Positions 32,490-46,400 of a stretch of 64,000 nucleotides of DNA are shown one piece after another (positions within the stretch are counted from its first letter, which is position 1; the number at the start of each line of letters is the position of its first letter). The DNA lies in the NCBI GenBank assembly GCA_905178155.1, contig CAJINV010000001.1, positions 13,842,664 through 13,906,663 on the forward strand. The letters run 5' to 3'. Under the pieces are notes generated by a model. That model did no database searches and was not told the DNA's origin. It saw only the letters and a list, made by a program, of their open reading frames with translations. The position numbers and the translations under genes were made by a program. The stretch comes from Amoebophrya sp. A120 (lineage: Eukaryota > Protista > Dinoflagellata).

Positions 32490-35400
32490 ATGACGTTCGA
32501 CATGGAGCTCGGGTTCCCCGCGGTGGCGGAGCGTGGCCGGCGGTTCGAGATTTTGATCCAGGACGGTGCCATAGCAGTACCCGGAGCCCATACCGATGTC
32601 GAGCGTCTCTACGGGGACCGAGTTACGCGCCATAGCCTGGTGCTGCAGGTCCCAAACATAACCATCTGGCAACTCACTTCCGGGCAACCAAGCAGCTCGG
32701 GCATAGAACTCGAGGGAATCGGTACTGAGTTGGATAATTTCTTCGTGCTTGTTTTTTTACCACTTGTCTAAGTTGACACGTTTTGCATTTTTTCTTGTTC
32801 TGTTGTGGCCGCGGAATGCAAGAATGAAGATTTTTAACAACGCTTGTCCACCACCCTTAGAAGTGGCCAATATCGATCGGAACATTAAGTACCGTTACCG
32901 ATTCGATACGACTAGAACATACTTCACTCTCACTAAAAAAATCGCCTCAGCTACCTTCGAGCGTCTGGAGGTTGGTGCGCAAGGGGTTTCCGCCGAAGTC
33001 CGCCGCGGGAAGAACAACGCGCTCTTCATTGACCTGACCGGCTTCGATAACCTCTCTGCGGGGGATCTACTGTCTCTGAAACACCGTGGGTATTTCCCGG
33101 TCCCGCTCATCCTTTACTACACCAGTGACCACGACGCCGAGCTCAGTAAGGCGCGCAACAGTACAGCCAGAAGTTCTTCTCGAAGTAAGCGAAAGACCAC
33201 TGCCAGCGTCGATGACGACGAGTGGGAAATGGTGCAGAAACTGCACCCCATTCACCTCGAGGCTTTCGTGCACATGGATTGCCGCGTGCCGACAAACGGG
33301 GACCACCCGGACGTCGCCTGGTACCGCGGTGAGTTAGACCGCCAGATTCCGCGACTCCGCAGCGCGCACACGGCTTTGGTGGCGGAGCACAAGAAAAGGA
33401 AAGCGGAGGAAGAGAAGAAGCAAAGACTAAGAGACCGGCAAATGCTGGAAGAAGAGGAAAGAAAGGCCACTATGTACGAAGAGGAACAGAAAAGGTACGA
33501 ATCAATATCAATTTATTTTACGCATAAGTACTTTTTACCAGAGTCAATGCTGTGTGATGTTCCTTTTCCGCATCTGTCTGTCGTGATTTTTCTCGAGTTG
33601 GTTGTTTGGCTCATCTTACTTCGCAATGATACGCTCTGCGACCACGACGACTCCACGTGAACATTCGCATCGCTGCATGATGCATTCATTTTATCGCCCG
33701 AGTGTGACCACATCTTCAAAAACTCAATCAGGTTGGCCGCGATGCACGTGAAGCGTCAGAGTCAGTTGGCGGAGATATATGCGGAGCAGCAGCGTACTGG
33801 TGAGATCGTGCCGACGCCGCGGACCGGAAACACTGGCGTCAACTACGGAAACCATGGATCCTTGCAGATTATGACGCCGCGGCTGCCCTCGTCGGGCTCC
33901 TCGTCTTCCATAAGAACGCTCAGCGTGCGGGGCGCTTCGCGCCACATCGACAAGGTGTCGGTCAACAAAATCGATCTGGCCGAAGTGAAAAGTCTGGACT
34001 TCAGAAATCCAGGGCCGATCTTGCACATCAGTATAATCTTCTTGTTCACCCTTAGTTCCTTGTTGCTTTCGTCACGTTTTCATCTTTGTTGAAATCGATC
34101 TAGAATAGAGACTTGTTCTATGTTGTACTAACACGTCTTAGCGACATACAATTCCAATTGCTACGCAGTACTAGCAAGGCCAAAGGACGATGATGTAGAT
34201 CATGCACTGTTATAAAAATTTCGCTCATTGAAACCACACGACCAGGTCACACGCCACTCGCGGGTGATAACGAACCTATTCTTGACTCGCCGAAACTCGA
34301 GCCGGAGCGGATGTTTTACATGAAGCGTGACATCGTGGAGCACCAGTTGCGGGCGTTGAAGCCCACCTCTGACCTGGAGGACGAGATTGCGCTGTTGAAG
34401 CTTCGCATCCTGAAGCAGCTGATTTTCAAGAAGGCGCACGAGATTTTGGGTACGACGCACGAGGAGCGCGAGGTCTACACCTACTGCGAACTTTTCCCGC
34501 GATTGTGGGATGTCGTCCCGGAAAACCGGTTTGCGGAGAAGCCGCCAAAGCTGGCCCGCGGCTCCATGATCGTGATGACCATGAACATGCTGGCCCGGGG
34601 TTTGTCCAGCGGGCCGGCGGGCGACCCGGAACTCCGGTACATCCCGCCGAAGCCGAAGATCGTGCACAGCTTCGAGGCACCCGTGCGCACCACCACGCGA
34701 TACGGCCGGACCGTGCACGTGGAACGACCGCAGGAGTTTGTGCAGAGCAGTTCTTTGCGGTATGACACACTGTACGAGGGCGTGAATCGACCGCACAAGG
34801 CCACCTGGGTGGGGGACCATAGTCCGCGCATGATGGGCATACCGGTGGAGCCCTTGAGTCCGCGGGAGGATCTCGCCAGAGGGGGGTTGTTGCTGCGCAG
34901 AGGAGCAGGAGCAGGTGGCGCAGCTGCAACTACCGGAGGAGACCACCATATCCATCTGGGCGGCATTATGGTACCCACGATCGGCGACCCAAATCTGGTT
35001 GCACCCCAAGTCAAGACGGATCATCTTCACGAGAATGTGCACAGCGGCCAGCACGTACCGCATTTAGACTTGCCCGCGCACCTTGCCGAGCCTCCCATAC
35101 TAGCGGCGGGCGCAAGCTCGGTTCCGGTGCCACACCACCTGAAGTTTGGCGGCGGTCCCCGGCAGCAGCGCATCTCGCTCGAGGCGAGCAATATGCTACC
35201 ACCGACCGCGACGCCGCGACCATTGCATCCGGCCTTGCAGAAGTTCTCCGGCAGCGCCAGGTTGCAACTCGACCGCACCCGACTGGCAAAGCCGCAGGTT
35301 GAGCTTAAGGAAGTGCCGAGTCTGTTGGACCTGAGGGCCAAGATGATGGATGCTGTCACTCCGCGCGACGGAATGAACTCCATAGTGCCTCCGCTTATCA

Positions 35401-38400
35401 TGCAGCTAGGTGGCGGAACAAACAAGATGAACGGTACGCGTCCGGGAGCGCCGCAATGGACGAAGAATATTCCGCAGGTCACACCGCGAGGGCTTTCTCC
35501 CCGCGAGGTGCAAATGGTGCAAGGGCCGGCAACTGTCCGGACCTTCGCGGAAGGGTACCACAGGATGAGCAAGGCATCACAGTTGTCCTCCAATCCTCCA
35601 GAGGAGGAGAGGTGGAACACCGAGGACCACGAGGAACACGCATCTGGATCACTTTCCGAGGACCATGATCTGCTTGTCAGCGACAGTACCAGCAAAGACC
35701 CGAAGCCCGCCGAACAAGGGGATAGCAGCGATGCACTGCAGTCCGAGGAGCAATGGCAAGACGAAGAGATTCTCGAAATTCAGGTGACCAAAGAAAGGTC
35801 GGATGTCGGAACAACTGCCGTAGCTGGTGTCCAACAAACGGCTTCCGCCTCCGCTTCCAGCAGCGCGGCCGCTGCAGCTGCGGCGGTAGAAGAGTCAGTC
35901 CCACTCCAGGATGAGGATGAGCTGCTTCACGCACAGTCTCCATCCATTACCTTCGCTCCCGGACCTGCGCACGAAGAGATTGTTGAGATCGAAGCAGCAG
36001 ATGCGCCAGATAGTGCACGTGTGTCCCCGAGGCACAACGACGGGGAACACCAGAGAGAGGCTGAGGACATGTCGATTACTTCTCTTTCCGCGGCATCAAG
36101 TCAGAAAGAGCAGCCGCAACAGCCAGCTGTCAACCAGCAGGAGGATGAACCAGCCGTAGAGGCGCAAAATTTCGTCGCAGAGGTTCTACCGACATCATCT
36201 TCGAGCGCTTGTAGCAGTAGTGATGAAAAGCGGGTAGCGCCTATAGTTCCCATGCTGCAGTTGAGCGACTCCAGCCGCAGTCGGCAAACCCCGGCTGGCA
36301 GCCCCACCGCGACAAACAGAAATACTACAGAATTTGTCTCGCTTGCGGAGGGGCACCACGCCACGCAGATCGAGGATCTCGAGCGGCTCGGATCTGCCGA
36401 GCAACTCTACGTCGACTCGGAGGACGACCAGCCGCACACCGCGCGGACCGCGGGCGTGAAGTTTTCCGCGCGCGCGCACTTGGCCTTGGCCCGGGAAAAC
36501 CCGTGGGTGAAGACGCATACGCACCACAAGCTCCCACACACCATTCACAAGCTGCGCAACACCCACTCCGTGCTGGTGCGCCCGCCGAAATCCCCCGAGG
36601 TACCGGAGCGGCCGTTCCAGCCCGACGAGTTCCACGTCAAGCGCACCGAGATCCTGGCGAGTAGCGCGATCACGCACGGGCCCTTCAACCACACCAACGA
36701 GGTCGCGACCCCGTTCCAGCACAGCAACGTGCTGACCGGGCGCAACACGTACGGGAAGAATCTAACCCGGGGCGAACTGCTCGGCCCCGAGGCTGCCATT
36801 TTCGCGTGGGAGCTGCGCAAGTTGAAAATTGTCGAGGAGGTGTTAAGAAACGACCCCACGGTGTTTGCGGTGCAGGAGTGCGACCAATACCACGACTTTT
36901 TGAAGCCGTTCCTGGCCGAACTCGGGTACCAGGGCATGTTCTGTCCGAAGTCCAACTCCGCGTGCCTGGAGCACGGGTACTACGCGGACGGGGTCGCACT
37001 GTTCTGGAAGTACGACGCGTTTGTGCTGAAGGAGAGGTACCGTGGGCTCACGTCCGCCGGGAGCCCCTGCGTGCTGGCTGTGTTAGAGTTTTACGACGGG
37101 GACCACATCGACAAGTCGATGCACGTCGCGTCGGAAGCCGCGCACCACGGCGGCAACGCCAGTCCCACGATCGGCGGCTACATGGTCCCGCAGGACCACA
37201 GCGCGAACATCGAGCACGGTGGCACCAGCCAGGTGGCCAAGCGGGCGCAGCTCGCGTCGCGGAACACCATCATCCTGGCCAACGCGGAGGACGGGGACAC
37301 ACCCCGGGTAACCACCCCGCGCATTAAAGTTTCCTGGTCCAACTCCTTCGGGCCGGATGTGCAGAGTCCTTTCAACCGCAACGGCTCAACGACCGCGGTG
37401 GAACTGCTGCCGGATACGGATGAGGACGAGGCGAGCAAGGTGGTGCGGGCGCGACGGGACGGGAAGAGAAGGGTGATTGAGTACGAGCCGGGCTACATTC
37501 CGCCACGAAAGTCGCACCAAATTGCGAAGAGAAAGCAAGAGGAGGGCGCCGGCCACTCGACGCCGCAAACGCCGCGGATGGTATCGGACATTGCCGGAAT
37601 GATGTTCGCGAACGCGCGCCCACCTAGGTTGAGTCGCGTGGATTCCCAGCTTCCGCCCGCGTCCACGCTGTTTTCCCGCACCGCGGAGGAGACCGGCCAC
37701 TTGCGCTACGGCGTCCAGCCGGTGCACGCGGTCCTGCCCGGAGGGAACACGGTGGAAACCGCGAAATCCATCCTGGATTCGGTGCGCGAGAAGCCGCGGG
37801 AGCCAATTTTGGCGCGCCCGTGCGAGGAAATTTCGCTGCCAGACTTCGGGACCATCTTTCAGGGCAGCGTCAAGCACATTCCGCACATTGCGGGGGCAGC
37901 AGGTGCCGCACCACACTTCCTGGACCAGCCGGCGTTGCCAAGCGTCAATCTGGGTGCGCCTGCGCAGGCGCCGGCACTACTTGGAAGCAAGACGCCTTCG
38001 AAGCACGACGAACACGTGAAGAGTATTGGCTCGCTGTCAGCGAAGGAGAAGGAGCGGCAGGAAAGGCGGAGCCAGGCCTTTAAGAAGCACAAAAAGGAAT
38101 ACATCATGGTCTGCACCACCCAGCTCCGTGCGGGCATCAACGAGGAGCTCCGGCGGGTGCAAGTGGAGGCAACCTTGGACCAGATGGACGTTATGCGGAT
38201 GGCATTTGAGTCCGAGTACGGCCGCAAACTGGACGGCACGGTGCTGCTGGGGGATTTGAACTGCAACCCGTTCGACCCCTCCGGTGCGGTGGAGACGGTG
38301 CTCCGGTCAGCTGAAAATTTCCAGTCCGCCTACGATTTGCCGGGCCGGGCGAAGGATTTGGTCACGTTCGGGGGCCCCAGTCGGGGCTTGAAGGTGCCGG

Positions 38401-38669
38401 GAAAATGCCCGGCGACAACCGTGAAGGCAAGCGGGAAGAAGGACATGACCGATTACATTTTCACCTCCGGCTTCAACTGTATCTCCCGCCTGTGGATGCC
38501 CTTCGAGGATGAGGCTGGGGATGCGGGCACGTCGCTGCCAAGCAAAGCCTACCCCTCGGACCACTTTGCGATCGCGGCGCAACTGTCTTTTCGAAAAGAC
38601 AGCCCGAGGACTCCCGCAACCACTCCCCCAAAAAAGAAGCGCAGTAAGCGCGAGGAGGCAAGGCGCTAA
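32490..38669 (+). CDS. Nocturnin/CCR4-like EEP-family phosphatase with an N-terminal extension and large insertions (~1,860 aa); exons 32490-32721, 32861-33494, 33732-34030, 34246-38669
   Basis: VMTMNMLARGLS, WELRKLKIVEEV, VQECDQY, FCPKSNSAC..DGVALFW, GDLN, DYIF and YPSDH motifs. Three phase-compatible GT-AG introns. Linking the upstream exons is an inference. Confidence 0.72.
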
Positions 38670-40401
38670 GGGGGAGTAAGGCACTCATAATCATGCGCAC
38701 AGACGTGACTAAGACTACTATTTTGTGCTTAGATAGAACGTCTCTTCTTCTTCTATTCCATTTCCATGCATTGCAATTGCATCCAAGATTAAAGTATCAT
38801 GACAAAGTCGTACATTCATTCTCTGGTTTTTTTCGATTGTACTCATCCGAGGCATTATTGTGATCCTAGTCACCGAAAATCAATTTATTTTTCATGAGTT
38901 TTGCGTAAGAACAACATTTTTTTAGTTTACAATTACATTTGCACAGTTGAGTTTTAACATTGTTTTTCGATTTTGTGGCGTATTTTTTTCATATTTAGTT
39001 TAGCAATTTGAATTTCAATTTGATTTCCAACATTTACCTTCGATTGTCTTTTCATCTTTTTCATACTCAATCGGTGCGTATATGACCCAGCAGGTTTGAT
39101 ATCGCACCATTTCGATCATTTCTACCCCTCTATGACGTAGTCCGCATGCCACTTTTCATGTACAAGATTTTTGTGCCCCAATTTTCCCATTTTCGTAGTT
39201 CCACCCCAAAGAACGTTGTGTATGTTCTAGTCAGAAGCAGCAGAAGTAGAGAATGTCTATTTCTGTGTCGCAGTACTACGCGATAGCGATAAACAGTGGA
39301 TGAAGCACCTAGAACACTTCGTAGTACTACTAGCTCAATGAATGCTAGTGTCCTCTGCGGTGCGTAGTTTTATCTGCTCGACTATGTACATGCCAACAAA
39401 TGATAGACATAGACCATACACGGTTAACCTTTGAGCTTCGCAGCTTTTTTTTGCTGTCAGCTATAGCCTAGCAAAAAGAAAAATTTAAATTGCGATTGAA
39501 GTAGCAAAAAAATCGCGAATTACGATTTCCTTGACGAGGAGTCGGGTAGATGTTTTATCCCCTCTTCTGCATGGGGCGCGTGATGTTCTATGATGTCGGT
39601 GCTAGCCTTTATTTTACCCTAACATGTCCCAATGTCTTTCAGTTTCATTGGCATTCTTAGGAGTTTGCTAAAAAAGGCTCCTGCACAGCACGAACAAATG
39701 ACTCGGTAAAGACGATTTCGATTGCAATTGCTTGAAATTCGGTTTGTCACCGGCAAAGTTCGGCTGAACGTCCAGCGAACGGAAAGATAAAACGCGACGC
39801 AAACTTTTATCGGTGTACTACCATTTGCGAAGGTTTGAGAAGTCGGTTCCTGTGAGCAGTGCGCTTCCTGAAGAATAATGTATTGCCTATGAACTTCGTC
39901 TTCTGCGGTCCAACGCAATGGCTTCTGTCTCCGTCTTCGTGGACTCACTTTTATTCATCCTCTACTAATGGTAATGACAGTTTCCCTTTCCCTCATCCTT
40001 GTCCCTATCAATCTTCCCCAGCTTTTTCATGGTATGAGTGGTGGTTTGATTTTCATTGAAATTTTTCAGAGGAGTAGGAGAGTGAATCTAAACGCCAAGC
40101 CTCTTGTAGTTTGAGTCTGCACGTGGTCACTTCTGGTGGTTCTGCCCGTAGAGTCAAGAACAATTCAGATTCTGTCCGCCTGCATGAATCTAACCCACCA
40201 ACGAGCAGAGCTGAAACTAATCGTAATCAATATGAAAAAGCGATTTGAAATTGTACCCCAACGCGATAATCAATCTGAATTCACATTGTACATAGGCCGC
40301 CCCCGCCGAGGAACGTCGTTAAGGACAATTGGACCACAAAATGATGCGTTTGTGGCAGGATCTCGGTCTCATTCTGAGCAGGCTACTACCTTGCTGAGAT
40401 C

Positions 40402-43400
40402 ATGCCTCGTCCGGCTGCGGCGGCGGGGGTCACCGCCTCATCCGGGGCTGGGGCGGCAAGCTCCTCGTCCGGCCATGGGACCGCCTCCTCCCACCCAGGG
40501 AAAGGTGGACCAGTTGGCGGCATCGGTTCCTGGTTCCCGAAGAAATGGACAATCCGGGCACGAACCGGGTCACGAGAGAATAATTCTGAAGAGGTAAGAA
40601 AACCTACCTCGTTTGGCTCCGTTTGTGTGTGTTTGAATTTGGTTTGTCTTGCGGTTTGAGTTTGAGTTTGATGCAGAAGAAAATGCACATAAAGAGAATC
40701 AACTTTTTCCAAAGGAGATGCAAGGAGTAGAAGTAGAATGTATGAAAAGAAAGAAGATGCATTGTTCGCTAGTCACGCATGATATTGCAAAAAAGCTGGA
40801 TCATCGACATGGACATACAACGACTCCACCTGCAAAAAATAAACAGGGCTCCCTTGGGGACAAGCATGACGAGCGTTCAAAGGCGGCGAGGAAGGCCGCG
40901 AATGGGATCCCGGGCCTCGGGCACGCGAACGCGATGGGGCTGGTGGAAGAGTCCGTGGAGGCGGATTGGGCCGAGTACGATCGCGACGGCGACGGGGAGC
41001 TTTCCCGCACCGAACTCATGGAGGCGCTGAAGGACAACAAGCTCTGCCTGAGTCGCGGCCTGCTGTTGGAGCGGTTGCAGCTAGAGATCGAGCTGTACAA
41101 GGTGATGGTCAAGATTCTCAACTTCTTCGTGTACTTTATCTGCTTCCTGCTCGCGCTGTACCAGTTCTATCCCACGGACTCGGTCGGGAAGGTGCACAGC
41201 TACCTCCTGGACCACTTCGAGCTGGACCCGGATTCGCTCGGGGAGGTCGCCACCATCCCGGACCTCTACAGTTTCATCCTGAACTTCGAACAGCAGAACA
41301 AGCTGCTGCAGGCCACGGGCCCGGTCTACTGGTGCGATCCCCGCTACCTCGACGACCTCGGCAAAACGGCCGCGGGCGAGATCTTCTTCGCCTCCAAGAA
41401 AGGCAGTGACAATCCTCGGGCAAGGAGGAAGAGAAACCTGGATGTTGGGGCAGACGTCGCGGGAGAGGACGGCCCGGAAGGCCAGAACAGCCTTTTCGCG
41501 GGCGAAGGAGGTGAAGACAACTTCTCATCATCGGCAGAAGATGACGGGTCCTCAAATAATCCGTTTTACGAGGACCGGAAAAAGAGCTCCGTATCCCCCG
41601 AGGAGGAAGAGCAGCTGCGCGACCTCCGCCGCAAGCTCGAGGGCGGAGACATTACCGGCGACGATTTGGCGAGTGTGCTGGAAAAAATGACCGCGCTGCG
41701 TTTGCGCTACCAGAACCCGTCCCCCATGGGTTATGACCTGCACAACCACGTCTTCAACCTGTACGATTGCCAAAACAAGCAGGAGAGCCCCATCACGTGG
41801 TTCCAGAGTTTCTCCTACCCCGGCGGACTGGTGGACACAATGCGCAAGCACGGGTCCGATCCGGCGGACACGGACAATTACGAAGTGGAGTGGACGCCCA
41901 CGTACTACAAAGACGTGCCCACCATGGACGAGGACCGGAGAAAGCGAGCGTTGAAGATGCGTGATCATGTTGATGGAGCTGATGATCATGTGGCTGGCAA
42001 TGAGAACTACGATCACCACGACCATGATTTTGATGAAAGCAATTCCTTCCAGCAGGATTTGTCAGAATTGGACGAGGAGGACGCGGAGCCACTATTGCAC
42101 ACCCCAGGCAGTAAAGGCCAAACGCACCACGCGCGACGAAAGCTTGCGGAGAAGAAGCGCATGACCCGGGAGCGCTTCCCGATGCAGGAGCCGCGCCGGC
42201 TCTACCGCACGTACGCACAAGACGTGATGCACCACAACGAGCTGTATTCCCTGCGCCGCTTCCTGGCCCGCAACGGCTTCAAGCGTGAGGTGGCCGCAAA
42301 GATCGGAACTTCCCTGGAAGAGCTCGAGACCATGCCTGTTGAGCAACTCGAGCGGAAGGTTTCCAGTTTGCGGTCGCTGTCGCGGCACGACCGAAGGCGT
42401 TTGGCGGATGCGCTGAGCACGCACAGGGAGCAAACGCACACCAAATTGCAGACCTACTTCACCGGCACAGTGTACAGCGCCGCCGAGCGTCTCTGGGGTC
42501 TAGCGTTCAGCACTGGCAAGGTGTTCGAGGACGACATTGCGCAGCCGATTCGCGAGCTCTACCCGGGCAAGAACCCCGTCAGCGCCGACAAGCCCTACGA
42601 CATCGCGGCGTTGCAGCCCGACACCGAAGACGCGATCGAAAGAACCATCCGCCAGGCGGATGAACGGATCCACAAGCGCGACGCAGAGCAGGGGATCATG
42701 CTCGAAAATCAAGAAATGGACGTGAAGCCAGATGGCACCGTTCGCAGTACCAGAGAGCAGGGACGGAAAATGGGCGAGGAGAACAACCAGGATTCGACGA
42801 CGTCCAGCAAAAATGAAGGGAGGGCCACATCATCGCCGTCGAATTCTCACGCCGCCGAAGAAGATGCAAATCCGAAAGTCTCCATCAAAGCGACGCCCAA
42901 ATTTGAAATCGTGGAAAGGAAGCAGGAAGACACGCGGACTCTGGCGGCGATCAGCGAAAACTATCGGCTGTTTGCCGAGGAGCGTGCAGACACACTGTAC
43001 GACCCGTTTCTGGACGCAAAAGTGGAGCAAGACGCTGACGAGATGGACGAATTCGTGGACGATGATGGCAATGCTTTTGGAGAGGCTCCGTCCTCGCCGA
43101 ATATGTTGTTTGCTGACAGCAGCAACACTGCCGCAAGTAGCAGCGAACTCGAGCAAGCCGGTGCCTCACCGCGTTCTTTGGCGGCGACCTTCACGATCCC
43201 GACCTTCGCCGCGCCCGCGGCCTGTTCCGGCGGCTGCACGTACGCGGCCCGCACCTACCACATGTACTTCACGGTAACTGTACCGACAACCGTCACGTCG
43301 CTGGCAGGCAACGCTGCGCTCGCCAATGCCTGCAAGTCAGCGCTGAAACACGTGCTGGGCATGGTCGATGCGGATTTCAGCAGTTTCGGAGCTGTGTCCG

Positions 43401-46400
43401 TCCCCACCACGAGTTACCGCCGGCTCGCCGAGGACGGCGTCGAAGTCGAGGACCTGGATGCGGCAGAAACCAACGGCTACAACATTCCGGGCGGCAACCT
43501 GGGGCTTCCCCCGCCCATGACCGTCCCCCCGGGAGGTAAACGAGGTCCTCGTGCACTGGAAGAATACGACGCGGACAAGCCGGCCATTGCAATTGCTCCC
43601 GGAAATCTCGGCTTGCCGCCCCCGATGACTGTGCCGCCCAGTAAAATAAACACTGACGGCTCCTCCAGCAGCAACTCGAGGCGTGACCTCGCGACCGCGA
43701 GCACACACACGCTGTCCCTCGAGTACGTTTTCAGCGTCACGGGGCTGAAGGTGCGCAAAGTGAACACGGCCATCGTCACGTCCGGGTTCGGTGCGGCCGT
43801 CGCGACCAAGGCGACCACCGTATCGAAAGGAAAAATCCCCCCTCCCCATATCGAAAACGTATCCGTCTGAAAATTTCTGATGCGCATTTGTTGCCTCAGA
43901 TCCTGTCTGTCTTGCAAGAAGGCAAGTTCAGAAAGCGCTCCGCATTTTGCAGGCGGTTTGTGATGCTGTTGGGCTTAGAGCATACACGTTTGTCATGCTA
44001 GGCGCCTACGTCGAAACCTCCCGACTGAGGCTTGGCATATGCCTGCAGTCCTCTACTGCAAGACATATCTGATTTGTGTGCGGAAATCCAGCATCAGAAA
44101 CTTCGCCTCGATATGGGGAGGAGGGATTTTTCCTTTTGATGCACCGACTGGAACACGGCGAGCTCCACCGTGACTGCGGTGACGCGCGTGGCCGGGGAGG
44201 CGCTGGAAAACTATCCTGTGCAAAAGTATCGCACTCGTAGCAATTGCATTTATGCATTACAAATTTCTTTTTCAAGGTAAATCAGCATTACAAATTTCAT
44301 TTGTAATGCTAAGTCAATTTGTAATGCAATTTATACTAGTACGATACTTTTGCAATGCATAAAAACTACATGGTGCTGATGTCGTTCGCGGGGACGGAGG
44401 CCTACGACTCCTTCACTGCGGAGTTCCTCGCCGCCAACGCAACTTTTGTGTCCTCGATGAAGATATCAAATGCAAAAGTGTCTGGGTCTGGAAGAATGCA
44501 AGTCTGTCATGCTTGTCTGGCATGACTCGAGAAGCTGTGTTGCATAGGCACGAAAAGGCCCTCTTGCCTGTCATGCAAAAACGCAGTTTGCCATGCGGAA
44601 TACGTAATACATGGCAGCCAAAAAATTTGGCCTGCGTAGCTGCGTATTGCAGTGCGTCTATCATTCACTTTTGGCATTACAAGTTTCCAGACCCAGACAT
44701 ATTTGCAATGCATAGAAGACAGCGCTGACGAACGCTTTGGGACTCACCGGCAGCGACGTGTACGTGAACAATATCCGCAAGGCGCCGGTCCGGACCTCTG
44801 CGGCGCACCGACTGAGGCGAAGGCTGGGGGAGCAGCAAGACGTCGATACAACAGCATCATCACGCGAGGAAGCGAAGGAGCTCGACGATCTGGATCTCCC
44901 GGAGGACGGGAGTAGAACACCGAGTTACGGTAAGGTGCCGCACTTCTACCCGGACTTCGATCCCCACGCCTACTTGTCCCAGCGCGTCGAGGCCGCGCCC
45001 GAGCTGGAGGTGCTCCGCCGCCACGAGGCGGAGCAGGACACCATGCGGCGCCTGAGTGACGACGAGCTGACGCAGTTCGACGAGACCGGGTCGCTGGTGG
45101 AGGGCAGCATGCTCAACAACCGGCTCCTGGTCTCCGGCACGGATCAAAATACGGACCCCGTGGATGTGGACGCCGTGCGGCGACAGCTCGGGGCGTCCTC
45201 TTCCTCCACGGGCACCACGTACTCAACGCTGACGCTCGAGGTCGACTTCCAGGTGGACGGGCTGACCAGCACGCGGTACAGTGAGAAGCTGCGCAGGAAG
45301 CCGGACTACATTCTGCCGGTTTTGAAAACGAATTTGAACACGCAGTTCAACAGCACCTTCCCGACCGAGTACGCGAGCCACATGTCCGTGAAGAACATCT
45401 ACGCCTTCACCCACGACAAGGCGCTCAGCATGCGGCTGCATTTGTACGCGCCGTGCGGGGACACCGCGTACACGCTCAGTCACAACAGCACCTTTCTCGG
45501 GTGGCTGGACGCAGCCATGGTCGCGGAGTTCGGGATTGACGTCGTGAACAAGGGCGACTACTTTTTGATCACCTCGATTACGGACAGCTCTCTGGCTGCC
45601 ACGCTGAGCGGCGGCAGTGCTTCTTCCGCGCACTTGCGGCAGCGCCGGCTGCTGCGCGAGGCCGAGGAGGAGCAACGGAAACTCGCCCCGAGCGGCTCCA
45701 CGACGAACACGTCGGCCGCGAACTTTGGTCACGCAATGCCGTACCCGGACGGGTTTTGCCCCGGCGCCATCACGGTTTCAGGATCTAGTGGCGCGCACCG
45801 CCGCATGCTGGCGCCGTCGTCGAGCAGCGTGACGTACGCCGTGCCCGCGAATTCGCACATGGTGTCCATGGACATTACGTTTGTGGTCGGGGCGTCGTTG
45901 AGCGAGGTGGTGAAGCAGACCATGAAGAGCGACGTGTTTGACGCGACCATGGTGGCGAAGATGAACACGAAGCTGCCGACCACGTACTTCCTGGCGACCA
46001 TGGCGGGGTCCCGGATTGACCGGGATTTCACCTTGTACTTCAAACTGAACGCGCCGGACAACACCACGGCGACCGTCCTGGACGGCCCGAGTCACGTCTT
46101 CCGCCACACGGTGTTGCCGAAGGCCTTGTTCGCCGCGTTGGGCGGCGCCAGCAAGGACAACATCTTCATCAAGTCGGTCTACGACAAGCCGGTCGCGACC
46201 ACCACCACGAACGGCGACGCGTACCGGCGGGTCCTCCTACAAAACGGAGCGGACGAGTCCTCCCTCGGGATGGAGCTGCCCGATGAGGACGAGGTGGCGC
46301 GGCGCGAGGAAAGAACGCAGGAGGCTCTACGTCGACTCGCCGCGTCAACATCATCTTCTGCCACGACCAGTACAACCGCGGACCTCACCCAGGGCGTGAA

